A stretch of 64,000 nucleotides of DNA from NCBI GenBank assembly GCA_002269645.1, contig NIVC01002585.1, positions 1-64,000 on the forward strand, given 5' to 3'. The position numbers and the translations under genes were made by a program. Shown here in pieces: positions 1-12,365 of the stretch (position 1 is the stretch's first letter; every line of letters starts with the position of its first letter). The stretch comes from Macrostomum lignano (lineage: Eukaryota). The notes under the pieces were generated by a model that had not been told where the DNA came from, ran no database searches, and saw nothing but the letters and a program-made list of their open reading frames with translations.

Positions 1-1616
1 TTGGTTCTTAGGGAATTGGGCACACAATAGGCTGTACTTGCACAACTGCAACTGCCTGCTCACTAGTAGAGTTATGGGTGATTATTCGTACCTACATGTA
101 CACGTACACATGTAATTAACGTCAAAAGGCACAACCCGTTTAATGGTTCTTTTGCAAATCTATATTGCATATGAGATGATATATCTATGGTACTTCATTT
201 GTCGTTTATTGTATATCTATCTAGCGTACTTTCATTTTATCTACCATAGAAATATTATTATAGCACTTTGTACATTAAAGTTTTAAATACGAGCTCCTAC
301 TTTAAAAAGTAAAACTAACTTCTACTATTTTGTTAAAAATTTTGCATTATGAAAGTAAATTATTTAAAAGCCTGAATTTCCAATTTGTTGGCCCTATAAA
401 AAATTTAAAACCTTGCCTCGCTAGAACGACTGAATTGTCAATTAGCGCATTTAAAAATAGAGACTAGGTTTATTTTTTGTGCGATAGCGATGCTACGGCA
501 TCCTGACTTTTATAAACGCATCCTGAAATTAGACATTGGATGCGAATTCGCATTCTAGATTTCTAGTACTATCAAAAAACTAAGGCATTGTTTCTTCATG
601 CAATCCAATGGGAATATGAATCCTATATAAAATAATATCCTAACTTTCTGAATCGCATCCTGAAATTGGACCTTGAATCCGATTTCGCATCTTAGTGCCA
701 GCGAAAAAACCCAGAACAGATTAAAACTACAAATGAGCTGACGATAAGATTGTTGCCAATGTTGGTCAGAGTAGCAGCCTTCTTGTGTAACTTAAGACAT
801 TATGTTTTAATAATGTGAAGTGACACAAACTTTTCATTTTAAATGAAAATTTCATTTGTCATGTCACTTGTTCTATGTTGTGTTTGACTTTATTGCTGAG
901 ACAGACAGTGATATATTGATACTGATGAGGTAGCTAGCTTGACCCTACTAGGCTTATACTAGGGCCTAGTCGCTAGCATTCTAAACCAACTCATCTTGTT
1001 TAATATGTCATTTTAAGCTTTTTAGGCTTATCCTTTACCTATAAATTGTAGTTTGAATTAAAAAAAATATAATGCAGCTAGAATAGGCCTAGCCAAAGCC
1101 TTTGCAAAAATAGGCCTATTTAATATAGTAGTCAGTTCTATTATTAGCCTAGGCTTAAATTTTTAAAGGACTATATTAGAACTATATTTTGCCATTTTCT
1201 GCTATAGCCTAGTCAAAGCCTCTTTCAATAGATATAATTAATTTAGTGTCTAATTTTAGTATAGCAGAAGAAAAAATTAATAATTTTGTCAATATTAGAA
1301 TATAATTATAAAGATAATATTTCACATGTAAGCATTGCATAGTTTTAAAATAATAATATAAAAATTAAAAAACTAGCAAGCCCTAGGCCCTATCTTATGC
1401 CTAGGAAGTACAAAATATGATATTGATCTGCAATTCTAGATAAAGTTTTAAGAAATTGCCAAGAAACTTTCTATTGTCAAGATAAGTTTTATATCTTTTG
1501 TGAAGATTAAAAAACCTGTAAGTGTAAGCCTAAAATAATAGGTTGCCTTTTTTCTTTTTGTATCTAATATCTAATAATGCAAGTGTATATGCTTTTATGT
1601 TAATTGCATTATAGAG

Positions 1617-2293
1617 CCCTATTGGAATAAGTTTAAAAACCTGCGGACATGCGACATGGGTGCCAAAATTTTGCCCTCAAAAGCGCGACGTGACACCAAA
1701 TTTTGTTGACTGGGGGGTGGCAACGCGCGATGCAACACCAATGTCTGTTGACCGAATGACCGGGGGGGGAGGATGCCACAGCAGCCACATTGCAATTGAC
1801 AATTCTCGTTCTGCCATTCACTCCTGACACCGAGACCATGGGGCAAGGGACGAGAGTATTCTTTCAATTTCGTGGAAAAAGAAAAGAAATTTAAGAACAA
1901 TAAACAGTAATTAACAACAAAGGTACAACACTTAGAAAAACAGCACACCATTGTAACTAACAAGTAACATTTCTAAAAATTATATTGAAGTATTAGTTAC
2001 TTTACCATCAAAAATAAAAAAGAACAATTCAAGAACTACTTATTATCAAACATGTTTGAAACATTTAAATACCGAGAAACAACCGTGAACATATTACAAT
2101 GAAACACAGTTTGCAAGGTTTTGGCTACAGGTCCAGGCTGCGATGCGACACATGACGACACCAGGTTTCCAGTGTTGCACAACGCGACACACCACTTGAC
2201 ACCACAGTCACCACTGTCGCGCGACGCAACACCAGGAGAATCCGAAAATGCGACGGACGGTTGTCCGCGTTTTGTCAACTTATTCCAATAGGG
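1617..2293. mobile_element. Non-autonomous TIR element (MITE, 677 bp) with 8-bp TSD
   Basis: Perfect 17-bp TIRs CCCTATTGGAATAAGTT (1617) and AACTTATTCCAATAGGG (ends 2293). Flanked by direct repeat TTATAGAG (1609-1616, 2294-2301). Interior has repeated GCGAC/GACAC motifs and no credible ORF. Confidence 0.85.
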
Positions 2294-2403
2294 TTATAGA
2301 GTTCTTCGTTTGTTAAAAATCCTAATTCTTTATTCCAATTTGCTTCTTGTATATATCTTTGCAAGTCATGGGACCTTTACTAAGTCTATAATGTAGCCTA
2401 GGC

Positions 2404-3237
2404 CATACATGCGCAACTTCTGAAATTACGCTGGCCGTGTGACTTAGTTTTCGATAAAAAATGCGACTTACCTATGAAAGAGCCAAGCAAAAACTTTAGG
2501 TAAACGGCAGGAGTAACTATGACTATATTTATAAAGCTAAATGCCTCGCCAGCTAATTAGTGCTGCATGCAGATTCCGCGTTTTTAAAACAGCTAATCAG
2601 TGTCATCTAGTGGCGGCATGAAGCAATTAGTAAATTGTCAGTACAGTGTAGTGAGCATACTACAAAAGTCATGATTCATGAATGTCCAGAAGTAAGTGAA
2701 GTGAATACAGTGTGACCTATAGCTCAAGAATGATTTGCTAGACGATTTGGCATGGAAGATGAGAGCCCTGATTCAGATGGCTCATCAGATGCAGAATACG
2801 AATCCAGTAGAGATACAAGCTGTGAAAACCCACAGATTTTTAAACCACTGAATTCTAATTCCCGGAACTATTTTTGCATAGATTCTAAATTTGAAGTCAT
2901 GCTCAACAAAAACTTGTTAACAGTTAGGAAAAAGGCAAAGATGGGAGTAATGCATGTTAAACTAAGATTTGAGGCCTTTGCAAATTCTCTCCATTCCTCA
3001 ATCTTCTCATCCTCTTTTCTTTTCTCTCTCATCCCTTATCCCTTCTTTCTTTCCTCTCCTCTCTCCTCTCTTTCCTCTCCTCTCCTATCTCTTCTGTCTC
3101 CTCTCTACATTCTTATCTCTCCTCTCGTCTCTCCATTCCACTCTACTCTCTCATCTTATCATTCTCCCAGTATCCCTGGTCAGCCACAATTTATGGTGGC
3201 CAGATCGGCCAGGTTGGCTAGCAGTTGCGCATGTATG
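2404..3237. mobile_element. Non-autonomous TIR element (P/hAT-like, 834 bp) carrying a 28S rRNA-derived segment, copy 1
   Basis: TIRs CATACATGCGCAAC / GTTGCGCATGTATG; 8-bp TSD GCCTAGGC (2396-2403, 3238-3245). Termini and subterminal sequence are shared with 49949-50213. Confidence 0.88.
2499..2570 (+). other. 28S (LSU) rRNA-derived fragment, helix 69-71 region; not an rRNA gene
   Basis: GGTAAACGGCAGGAGTAACTATGACT..AAATGCCTCGCCAGCTAATTAGTG compared with the conserved 28S sequence GGTAAACGGCGGGAGTAACTATGACTCTCTTAAGGTAGCCAAATGCCTCGTCATCTAATTAGTG (recalled). Confidence 0.85.
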
Positions 3238-5652
3238 GCCTAGGCGCACTATAGACTATTCTAGGCCCTAGTCTATTGTAGGCCTAGACTAGTTGTTTGT
3301 AGACCAAGACCTAAAATTTTATAAATTACCTACGTCTCCATTTTATAAGCTAATATGTTTTTTTTTATCTTGCATTATTGCATTATGCATTATTCCATAT
3401 ACTAAAAATGGTTTGTTGGTGTATAATTGATTTCAAAAAAATTGCTTAACCAATATTCTTTTTAAAAACTTAGTACCATTCAATCAGAAAATTTTCTGTA
3501 ATAGTACATGCATTGTGGATAAGAGATTGTTCAATGGCCAATGCTAAAGGCATTATATATTCAAAAAACATGCTTTTTTCAAAGGTCAAGCAGCTCTTTT
3601 GACTTGAAATGCGTTATAAGAATGCTAGAAAAAAACTTACTAGTTGAATTCTGATTCTAAAATAGATCATGACTGAATTGTAATCTGGCTTGAATTGTAT
3701 CACAGTATTGAAAACATAGTGTGGAAGCAAAGCACAAGAATTGATTTAGATTGTATAACCACATTGTCAACTTTACTTGAAACTGAAACTGGACTGACTG
3801 AGAAATTGATTATGTATAACTAATTTATACAACTTTTTCTCTAACTGACTTGGTATGAGTGTTGAATTTTATAAGTGCTACAAATTCATTTTTTAAATTT
3901 GATGAGAGCTAGCCTAGATATGAACTGACTAAACTGCCAATGCAGCAACATAGGTTTGAATCTTAGTTTTTTAAAGCTTTTATTAAAAGACTAATTTAAA
4001 AGACATGGAGATTGTACTTGATAAGCCAAGAATTATTTTACTTATAAGCCAAAGATTATCGCACTTGATAAACCAAGGATTATTTTTTGGTAAGCTAAGA
4101 GATTATTGCACTAGCTAAGAGATGGATTATTGCATTTGATAAACAAGGATTATTTTTTTGATAAGCTAAAAGATTATTGCACTAGCTAAGACATGGATTA
4201 TTGCACAACCTAAGAAAGCAATTATTGCATTAGTGGAGGAAATATTTGCACTAGGCCCTAGCTACTTGCTGTCTGGTGGTTGCTTACTATTGGGGGATGC
4301 TTGCTCTTGAGGGGGGGGTGGGGTATTTGCTATTTGTCAGTATTTGGGTGAGGGGGATACTATCACATGTATCTATATATATGGGATTCTTTCTATTTAG
4401 GGATGTTTGCCATTTAGGGATGCTTGTTATCTGCAATATGCTTGTTATCAGGGGGATGTTTGCTATCTGCAAGATGCTTGCTATCTAGGGGGATGCTTTT
4501 TATCTTGAGATGTGTTCTATTTAGGAGGAATGCCTATTATCTTTATGAAGGCTTTATTTTCTTGTCTTTTTGTTACTTTTAGAAAAAAGAGATTCATAGC
4601 AAATATCTTTGTCCAAGACAATTTTACTCAAATTAGGTGATTTATAAAACCAAAAAGAAGGAATTTGTTGGTTCTTAAGAAAATGTGCTTTTTATTGTTT
4701 TCCATGAATAATTTTTGCTCCTTACCTTTTGGGCATCCTGAAGGAGGGTACTAGATTGCACTACAATCTTGTGGGGCACTACATAGCTGGCTTATAGTAA
4801 GTATATATGGTAAAGCCTATTAATGATTAGTGAATAAATGAATTCAATATAACATTTTAACAGTTATTTCTCATTAGCCTATTATAAATATAGCATAAAT
4901 AAGATTGACAAGATTAATTTATTTAGCCTTTGTGTATAGTATAGCCTAAAAAATTATTTAAATCAAGAGTGAGATGTTTTAAAATTCAATTTAGAGTCTT
5001 AGCTTAACAAATTAAATAATTCTTTTGTTAGATTATTAGTTACAATATAAGTATTATAGAGCATTTATTTTTATACTAGTTTTTTATTTAGACATCATTT
5101 ATTATCTGTATGCTAAAAAAACAAACTGGGCTACCAAAAAGCAAAGGGACTATACTATAAATTATAATACCATTATAATGAGTGTGTAGTCATTTTGTGT
5201 CATAGTGTATATTGATCATACACCAACCTATTTAGTATTAGCCAGAATTTGCAGTTTGAGCTATATATTTTCTTTAAGAAAGCATTTTTATTTGAAGCAA
5301 ATGCATTGTCATAAGTATTGGAATCCTTGGGATTTTTAGACTTTTGTCAAGTGTCCAATTTTATCATCTGTAAATATGATTTCTTCTGTGGGTTGAATAG
5401 ACTTGGCAATGTAAAATCAAGGTAGATATACAGGTATCCTTTTGATTATTTTTTTCTAAAGCAAGCTAGCATCCTGAGTTTGGGCCCAGATTTGCATAGA
5501 TGCATCGCATAGTCTACACCAATGTAAATTATGTAATTTTAAAATTGAGACAAAAATATATATAACCAAATCTTAAAATAAAATAGCTTGCCAATTTTCT
5601 ATAGTTTGTTTAAAATTATTTACAGTATATGTTTTATGATTGAATATTTCTG

Positions 5653-7986
5653 GCGCTGAAACCGTACCTAGCTGCTGTGCGCAGCACCCTTACTGCAGCG
5701 TTGTGCCTGGAGAATTTCAGTTCTCAAGTTGTTGAAAGGCACAATAAGCCAGAGGTTGAAACTAAGTTAGTGATATTCTTCATTTGTCTGTTACTTACTT
5801 TCAGAGCATCTGGCCAGTTTTAGATATCGTTCAAAAACTACTTGTAATTAACCCTCTCTTGTTAATCTTCTTTTAGAAGCAGCAAAGAGCTCCTATTGGC
5901 TCCCGTAGTTGTCAGTCGAAACGAACGCGAACGAGTATTAATTGAAGCGTCAGTTAATTCCGTCCGAATCAGCATTGTCATTAAGCAGGCCGATGATATT
6001 GAGAAGATGCTCTGTCATAAATTCACCAAATTTATGACTATGCGAGCTGAGGACTTCGTTGTGTTGAGGCGACAGCCAGTTGAGGTGGGTTTTCATTTTG
6101 CTTGAAGAGTGACCCGAGTTCTCAGGGGTGAGATTCTTCTAGATACTGGGTTTCTCATGGGTGAGATTCTTCTAGATACTGGTTTCTCAGGGGTTAGATT
6201 CTTCTAGATACTGGTTTCTCAGGGGTTAGATTCTTCTAGAGAAACTGAATTCTCAGGGGTGAGATTCTTCTAGATACTGGGTTCTCAAGGGTGAGATTCA
6301 TCTGGAGAGACTGAATTCTTCGGGGTGAGATTCTTCTGGAGAGACTGAATTCTTCGGTGTGGGATTCTTGTAGATACTGGGTTCTCAAGGGTGAGATTCT
6401 TCTAGATACTGGGTTCTCAATGGTGATTCTTCTAGATACTGGGTTTCTCATGGGTGAGATTCTTCTAGATACTGGTTTCTCAGGGGTTAGATTCTTCTAG
6501 ATACTGGTTTCTCAGGGGTTAGATTCTTCTAGAGAAACTGAATTCTCAGGGGTGAGATTCTTCTAGATACTGGGTTCTCAAGGGTGAGATTCATCTGGAG
6601 AGACTGAATTCTTCGGGGTGAGATTCTTCTGGAGAGACTGAATTCTTCGGTGTGGGATTCTTGTAGATACTGGGTTCTCAAGGGTGAGATTCTTCTAGAT
6701 ACTGGGTTCTCAATGGTGATTCTTCTAGATACTGGGTTTCTCATGGGTGAGATTCTTCTAGATACTGGGTTTCTCAGGGGTGAGATTCTTCTAGAGAGGC
6801 AGAATTCTCAGGGGTTAGATTCTTCTAGAGAAACTGAATTCTCAGGGTGAGATTCTTCTAGATACTGGGTTCTCAAGGGTGAGATTCATCTGGAGAGACT
6901 GAATTCTTCGGGGTGAGATTCTTCTGGAGAGACTGAATTCTTCGGTGTGGGATTCTTGTAGATACTGGGTTCTCAAGGGTGAGATTCTTCTAGATACTGG
7001 GTTCTCAATGGTGATTCTTCTAGATACTGGGTTCTCAATGGTGATTCTTCTAGATACTGGGTTTCTCATGGGTGAGATTCTTCTAGATACTGGGTTTCTC
7101 AGGGGTGAGATTCTTCTAGAGAGGCAGAATTCTCAGGGGTTAGATTCTTCTAGAGAAACTGAATTCTCAAGGTGAGATTCTTCTAGATACTGGGTTCTCA
7201 ATGGTGATTCTTCCAGATACTGGGTTTCTCATGGGTGAGATTCTTCTAGAGAGACAGAATTCTCAAGGGTGAGATTCTTTTGGAGAGACTGAATTCTCAG
7301 GGGTGAGATTCTTTTGGAGAGACTGAATTATCAGGGGTGAGATTTTTTTGGAGAGACTGAATTCTTAGGGGTGAGATTCTTGTAGATACTGGGTTCTCAA
7401 GGGTGAGATTCTTTTGGAGAGACTGAATTCTTAGGGGTGAGATTCTTGTAGATACTGGGTTCTCAAGGGTGAGATTCTTTTGGAGAGACTGAATTCTTAG
7501 GGGTGAGATTCTTTTGGAGAGACTGAATTCTCAGGGGTGAGATTCTTTTGGAGAGACTGAATTATCAGGGGTGAGATTATTTTGGAGAGACTGAATTCTT
7601 AGGGGTGAGATTCTTGTAGATACTGGGTTTTCAGGGGTGAGATTCTTCTAGAGTGACTGGGTTCTCAGAGTTGAGATTCTTCTAAAGAGACTGGGTTCTC
7701 AGGGGTGAGATTCTTCTAGAGAGACTGAATTCTCAGGGTGAGATTCTTCTTCTCCCATTGGTGAGACTTCAACTTTCTACCTCTGATTTTGCGCACCTGT
7801 TGTCAGGGCTACGACGTGAGCTTCCTAATCACCAACTTTCACACGGAGGCCATGTACAAGCACAAATTAGTTGACTTTGTCATCACCTTCATGGAAGAGA
7901 TCGACAGGGAGATCTCAGAGATGCGGCTGGCTATCAACAGCCGCGCTAGGCAGTGCGCCAAAGAGTTTCTGAAATCGTTTTCCTGA
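5653..7986 (+). CDS. ARPC4: Actin-related protein 2/3 complex subunit 4 (p20-Arc); 5' end unresolved
   Basis: Exons ~5653-5765, 5877-6084, 7807-7986 joined by GT-AG introns with matching phases (2, 0). Translation [37 protein letters not shown]|[23 protein letters not shown]...VE|[25 protein letters not shown]...EFLKSFS closely matches ARPC4. No in-frame ATG or AG directly upstream (see findings). Confidence 0.95.
6107..7745. repeat. Minisatellite, ~31-33 bp unit (GGGTGAGATTCTTCTAGATACTGGGTTCTCA), with ~293-313 bp higher-order blocks, in an ARPC4 intron
   Basis: Direct reading; identical ORF translations recur at a 293-bp offset (6236 vs 6529). Confidence 0.95.
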
Positions 7987-8796
7987 TTTCATTCACCCGA
8001 GGTCAGAAATATCTCCTTTTGACGATGGTTTTTATGTGTGCTTTTTATTGAAGTAAGATTACTAACAATATAGTGTCTTTGTTGCGCTGCTCACGAGCTA
8101 TTGTTGAAATTTATGAGGCTCTCGCTTATTCAGTGTCAGTTCAAATTTGGTTTTATTATTCATTTTTAATTGAATTTAATAATTGGCTCCAACCTGTTGA
8201 TTCATTTCCCGCTTAATATCCACTATACTTACTAACCCACACACACTACTTACTTATCTCAGTAGTGCATGCAAAAATCAATTTCTGACTTTTTAAAAAT
8301 CGGAAATATTAATCATGGTGTTATCTTGTTGAGTACCTACTCCCGATGAGTTTCTTTTTAATGGCTGTCATTATTAAAATTTGTTTTTATGATAATCTAT
8401 ATTAAATATGTCAACTTTGCTTAATCTGTTTATTATGTGCATATTCAAGGTGATTTATATATAGTACAAAAGTGTTATTCAAGTATCGTTAACTTGAATA
8501 AGCGGATTTGAAAAAAGATTGGCTGACAATTTTCACCTATCAATTTAATCCTGTAATCACATGACAATAACAACTAATCTATAATGCTTAGTGATTGCGA
8601 GAAGATTGTGTGCTAATTATGTAATTGTAAAGTACACTCAATAAAAATACGCTAGATATTTATACCTTCGGCACTAAATCCTTGTAATTCCATTCTACTT
8701 TTAGGCAAGAAATTTTTAATAAATCTACGTCGGGTTCACGCGTTGACTTTGTTCTTTAGCAGTACTACAAGGACTTTTATGATTTGAGAGGACAAT

Positions 8797-10055
8797 TCTC
8801 TGATTGGTCAGTTGGATTGAGAACTGCTGTTCTCTGATTGGTCTGTTGGATTGAGAACTGCTGTTCTCTGATTGGTCAGTTGGATTGAGAACTGCTGTTC
8901 TCTGCTTGGTCTGTTGGATTGAGAACTGCTGTTCTCTGATTGGTTCCTCAGTTGGATTGAGAACTGCTGTTCTCTGATTGGTCAGTTGGATTGAGAACTG
9001 CTGTTCTCTGATTGGTCAGTTGGATTGAGAACTGCTGTTCTCTGATTGGTCAGTTGGATTGAAAACTGCTGTTCTCTGATTGGTCAGTTGGATTGAGAAC
9101 TGCTGTTCTCTGATTGGTCAGTTGGATTGAGAACTGCTGTTCTCTGATTGGTCAGTTGGATTGAGAACTGCTGTTCTCTGATTGGTCAGTTGGATTGAGA
9201 ACTGCTGTTCTCTGATTGGTCAGTTGGATTGAGAACTGCTGTTCTCTGATTGGTTCCTCAGTTGGATTGAGAACTGCTGTTCTCTGATTGGTCAGTTGGA
9301 TTGAGAACTGCTGTTCTCTGCTTGGTTCCTCAGTTGGATTGAGAACTGCTGTTCTCTGATTGGTCAGTTGGATTGAGAACTGCTGTTCTCTGATTGGTCA
9401 GTTGGATTGAGAACTGCTGTTCTCTGATTGGTCAGTTGGATTGAGAACTGCTGTTCTCTGCTTGGTCTGTTGGATTGAGAACTGCTGTTCTCTGATTGGT
9501 TCCTCAGTTGGATTGAGAACTGCTGTTCTCTGATTGGTCAGTTGGATTGAGAACTGCTGTTCTCTGATTGGTCAGTTGGATTGAAACTGCTGTTCTCTGA
9601 TTGGTCAGTTGGATTGAGAACTGCTGTTCTCTGATTGGTCAGTTGGATTGAGAACTGCTGTTCTCTGATTGGTCAGTTGGATTGAGAACTGCTGTTCTCT
9701 GATTGGTCAGTTGGATTGAGAACTGCTGTTCTCTGATTGGTCAGTTGGATTGAGAACTGCTGTTCTCTGCTTGGTTCCTCAGTTGGATTGAGAACTGCTG
9801 TTCTCTGATTGGTCAGTTGGATTGAGAACTGCTGTTCTCTGATTGGTCAGTTGGATTGAGAACTGCTGTTCTCTGATTGGTCAGTTGGATTGAGAACTGC
9901 TGTTCTCTGCTTGGTTCCTCAGTTGGATTGAGAACTGCTGTTCTCTGATTGGTCAGTTGGATTGAGAACTGCTGTTCTCTGATTGGTTCCTCAGTTGGAT
10001 TGAGAACTGCTGTTCTCCGATTGGTTCCTCAGTTGGATTAAGAACTACTGTTCTC
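8797..10055. repeat. Minisatellite, 34-bp unit with 38-bp variant (CTCTGATTGGTCAGTTGGATTGAGAACTGCTGTT)
   Basis: About 35 near-identical tandem copies. Confidence 0.97.
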
Positions 10056-10729
10056 TGATTGGTCCATGGAGTGTGACGTCAGTTAATTTGGTTTAATTAG
10101 CCGAAGAACGCAAATTTAATCATTAAATTGTCTGGGAAGATCTTTATATAAAATAAAAGTAAATTAAAATTATTTCTATCGAGATATCTCGTTTATATTT
10201 TTATGAAAAAGTTAAAGGATATTTGTTTTAACCACGTGTCATGGGTAGATATTTTTGAAGCATATACAGGCCAATAATGCGGAAAAATTCTCATAGTAGA
10301 CTTACACAAAGAGGTGAATGTTATTACATGCGAGTAATATAGGTTCGAATGATGTTAAAGTGAAATTCAATAATTTATCAGCAGCTGGTTATCAGTAAAG
10401 TACACTAAAAATAAAGAGAAAGTATTCATAAAGTACTCAGAAAAACTTGTTTTACTTACAAAAAATTAATTCGAATGTCAGACTTCGAAGACAAAATCAG
10501 TTTTAGCAATACATATTTGTACTTATAGCTTGTACCTTTGGCTTGCCTCAAATTTTACAGGATTCTGTTGTAGTTTTGCGGTGATTCATACAGTTTTCAT
10601 TTGTACTCTTGTAGTGCTAGTGGATTAATTTATAGGCTTAAATTGTACATGTAAATTCGTTCAGGTAAGGTGCTGTACAACTTCTTTGTCAATTACAGAT
10701 AGATCTTTCTTACATCTCAACTTCTTCCT

Positions 10730-12170
10730 AAGCAGGTGACACCTCATGTCTAACAGGTGAAACCATATCTAAGTTGTCTAACAGATGACTAACTCATGTC
10801 TAACAGCTAGGCTGGCACTCATCATGTCTAACAGGCTGGCACTCATCATGTCTAACAGGTGGCACCAATTATGTCTAACAGGTGGCACTCATCATGTCTA
10901 TACTATCAGGTGGCACCAATCATGTCTAACAGGTGGCACTCATCATATCTAACAGGTGGCACTCATCATATCTAACATGAGGTGGCACTCATCATATCTA
11001 ACAGGTGGCACTCATCATGTCTAACAGGTGGCACTCATCATGTCTAACAGGTGGCACTCATCATATCTAACATGAGGTGGCACTCATCATATCTAACAGG
11101 TGGCACTCATCATGTCTAACAGGTGGCACTCATCATGTCTAACAGGTGGCACTCATCATGTCTAACAGGTGGCACTCATCATGTCTACTAACAGGTCGCA
11201 CCAATTATGTCTAACAGGTGGCACTCATCATGTCTAACAGGCTGGCACTCATCATATCTAACAGGTGGCACTCATCATGTCTATACTATCAGGTGGCACC
11301 AATCATGTCTAACAGGTGGCACTCATCATATCTAACAGGTGGCACTCATCATATCTAACAGGTGGCACTCATCATATCTAACAGGTGGCACTCATCATGT
11401 CTAACAGATGGCACCAATCATGTCTTAACAGGTGGCACTCATCATCTAACAGATGGCACCAATCATGTCTAACAGGTGGCAATCATCATATCTAACAGGT
11501 GGCACTCATCATGTCTAACAGATGGCACCAATCATGTCTTAACAGGTGGCACTCATCATCTAACAGATGGCACCAATCATGTCTTAACAGATGGCACTCA
11601 TCATCTAACAGATGGCACCAATCATGTCTAACAGGTGGCACTCATCATATCTAACAGGTGGCACTCATCATGTCTAACAGATGGCACCAATCATGTCTTA
11701 ACAGGTGGCACTCATCATCTAACAGATGGCACCAATCATGTCTTAACAGGTGGCACTCATCATCTAACAGATGGCACCAATCATGTCTAACAGGTGGCAC
11801 TCATCATGTCTAACAGATGGCACCAATCATGTCTTAACAGGTGGCACTCATCATCTAACAGATGGCAACAATCATGTCTTAACAGGTGGCACTCATCATC
11901 TAACAGATGGCACCAATCATGTCTTAACAGGTGGCACTCATCATCTAACAGATGGCACCAATCATGTCTAACAGGTGGCACTCATCATGTCTAACAGATG
12001 GCACCAATCATGTCTTAACAGGTGGCACTCATCATCTAACAGATGGCACCAATCATGTCTTAACAGGTGGCACTCATCATGTCTAACAGGTGGCACCAAT
12101 CATGTCTAACAGATGGCACCAATCATGTCTAACAGGTGGCACTCATCATGTCTAACAGGTGGCATCGATC
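10730..12170. repeat. Minisatellite, ~23-bp unit (AACAGGTGGCACTCATCATGTCT and variants)
   Basis: Tandem copies; two variants alternate (CACTCATC / CACCAATC). Confidence 0.95.
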
Positions 12171-12365
12171 ATATATAATGTGAACGCATGATGTCTAACA
12201 GATGAATTCCCAGATAGAAAATCACATCTAGCACAGATTAACTACGTCTAACGACACTTGGCGTACCCAACTTCGTATTTAAAAACTGAGTAATTTAAAA
12301 TTATCACAGAAGAGTTTCTGTGGAGAGAATGACACGGTCCGGCATTTCCCATGCAGTGAAAATCT

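Noticed and set aside
2499-2570. rRNA gene
   Set aside because: Only ~65 nt of 28S similarity, inside a TIR element with TSD; no flanking rDNA.
2752-3271. 163-aa and 100-aa ORFs
   Set aside because: Largely CT-rich low complexity inside the non-autonomous element; no recognisable domain.
8797-10055. CRISPR array
   Set aside because: Head-to-tail repeats with no unique spacers, eukaryotic context, no cas genes; the same holds for all other arrays.
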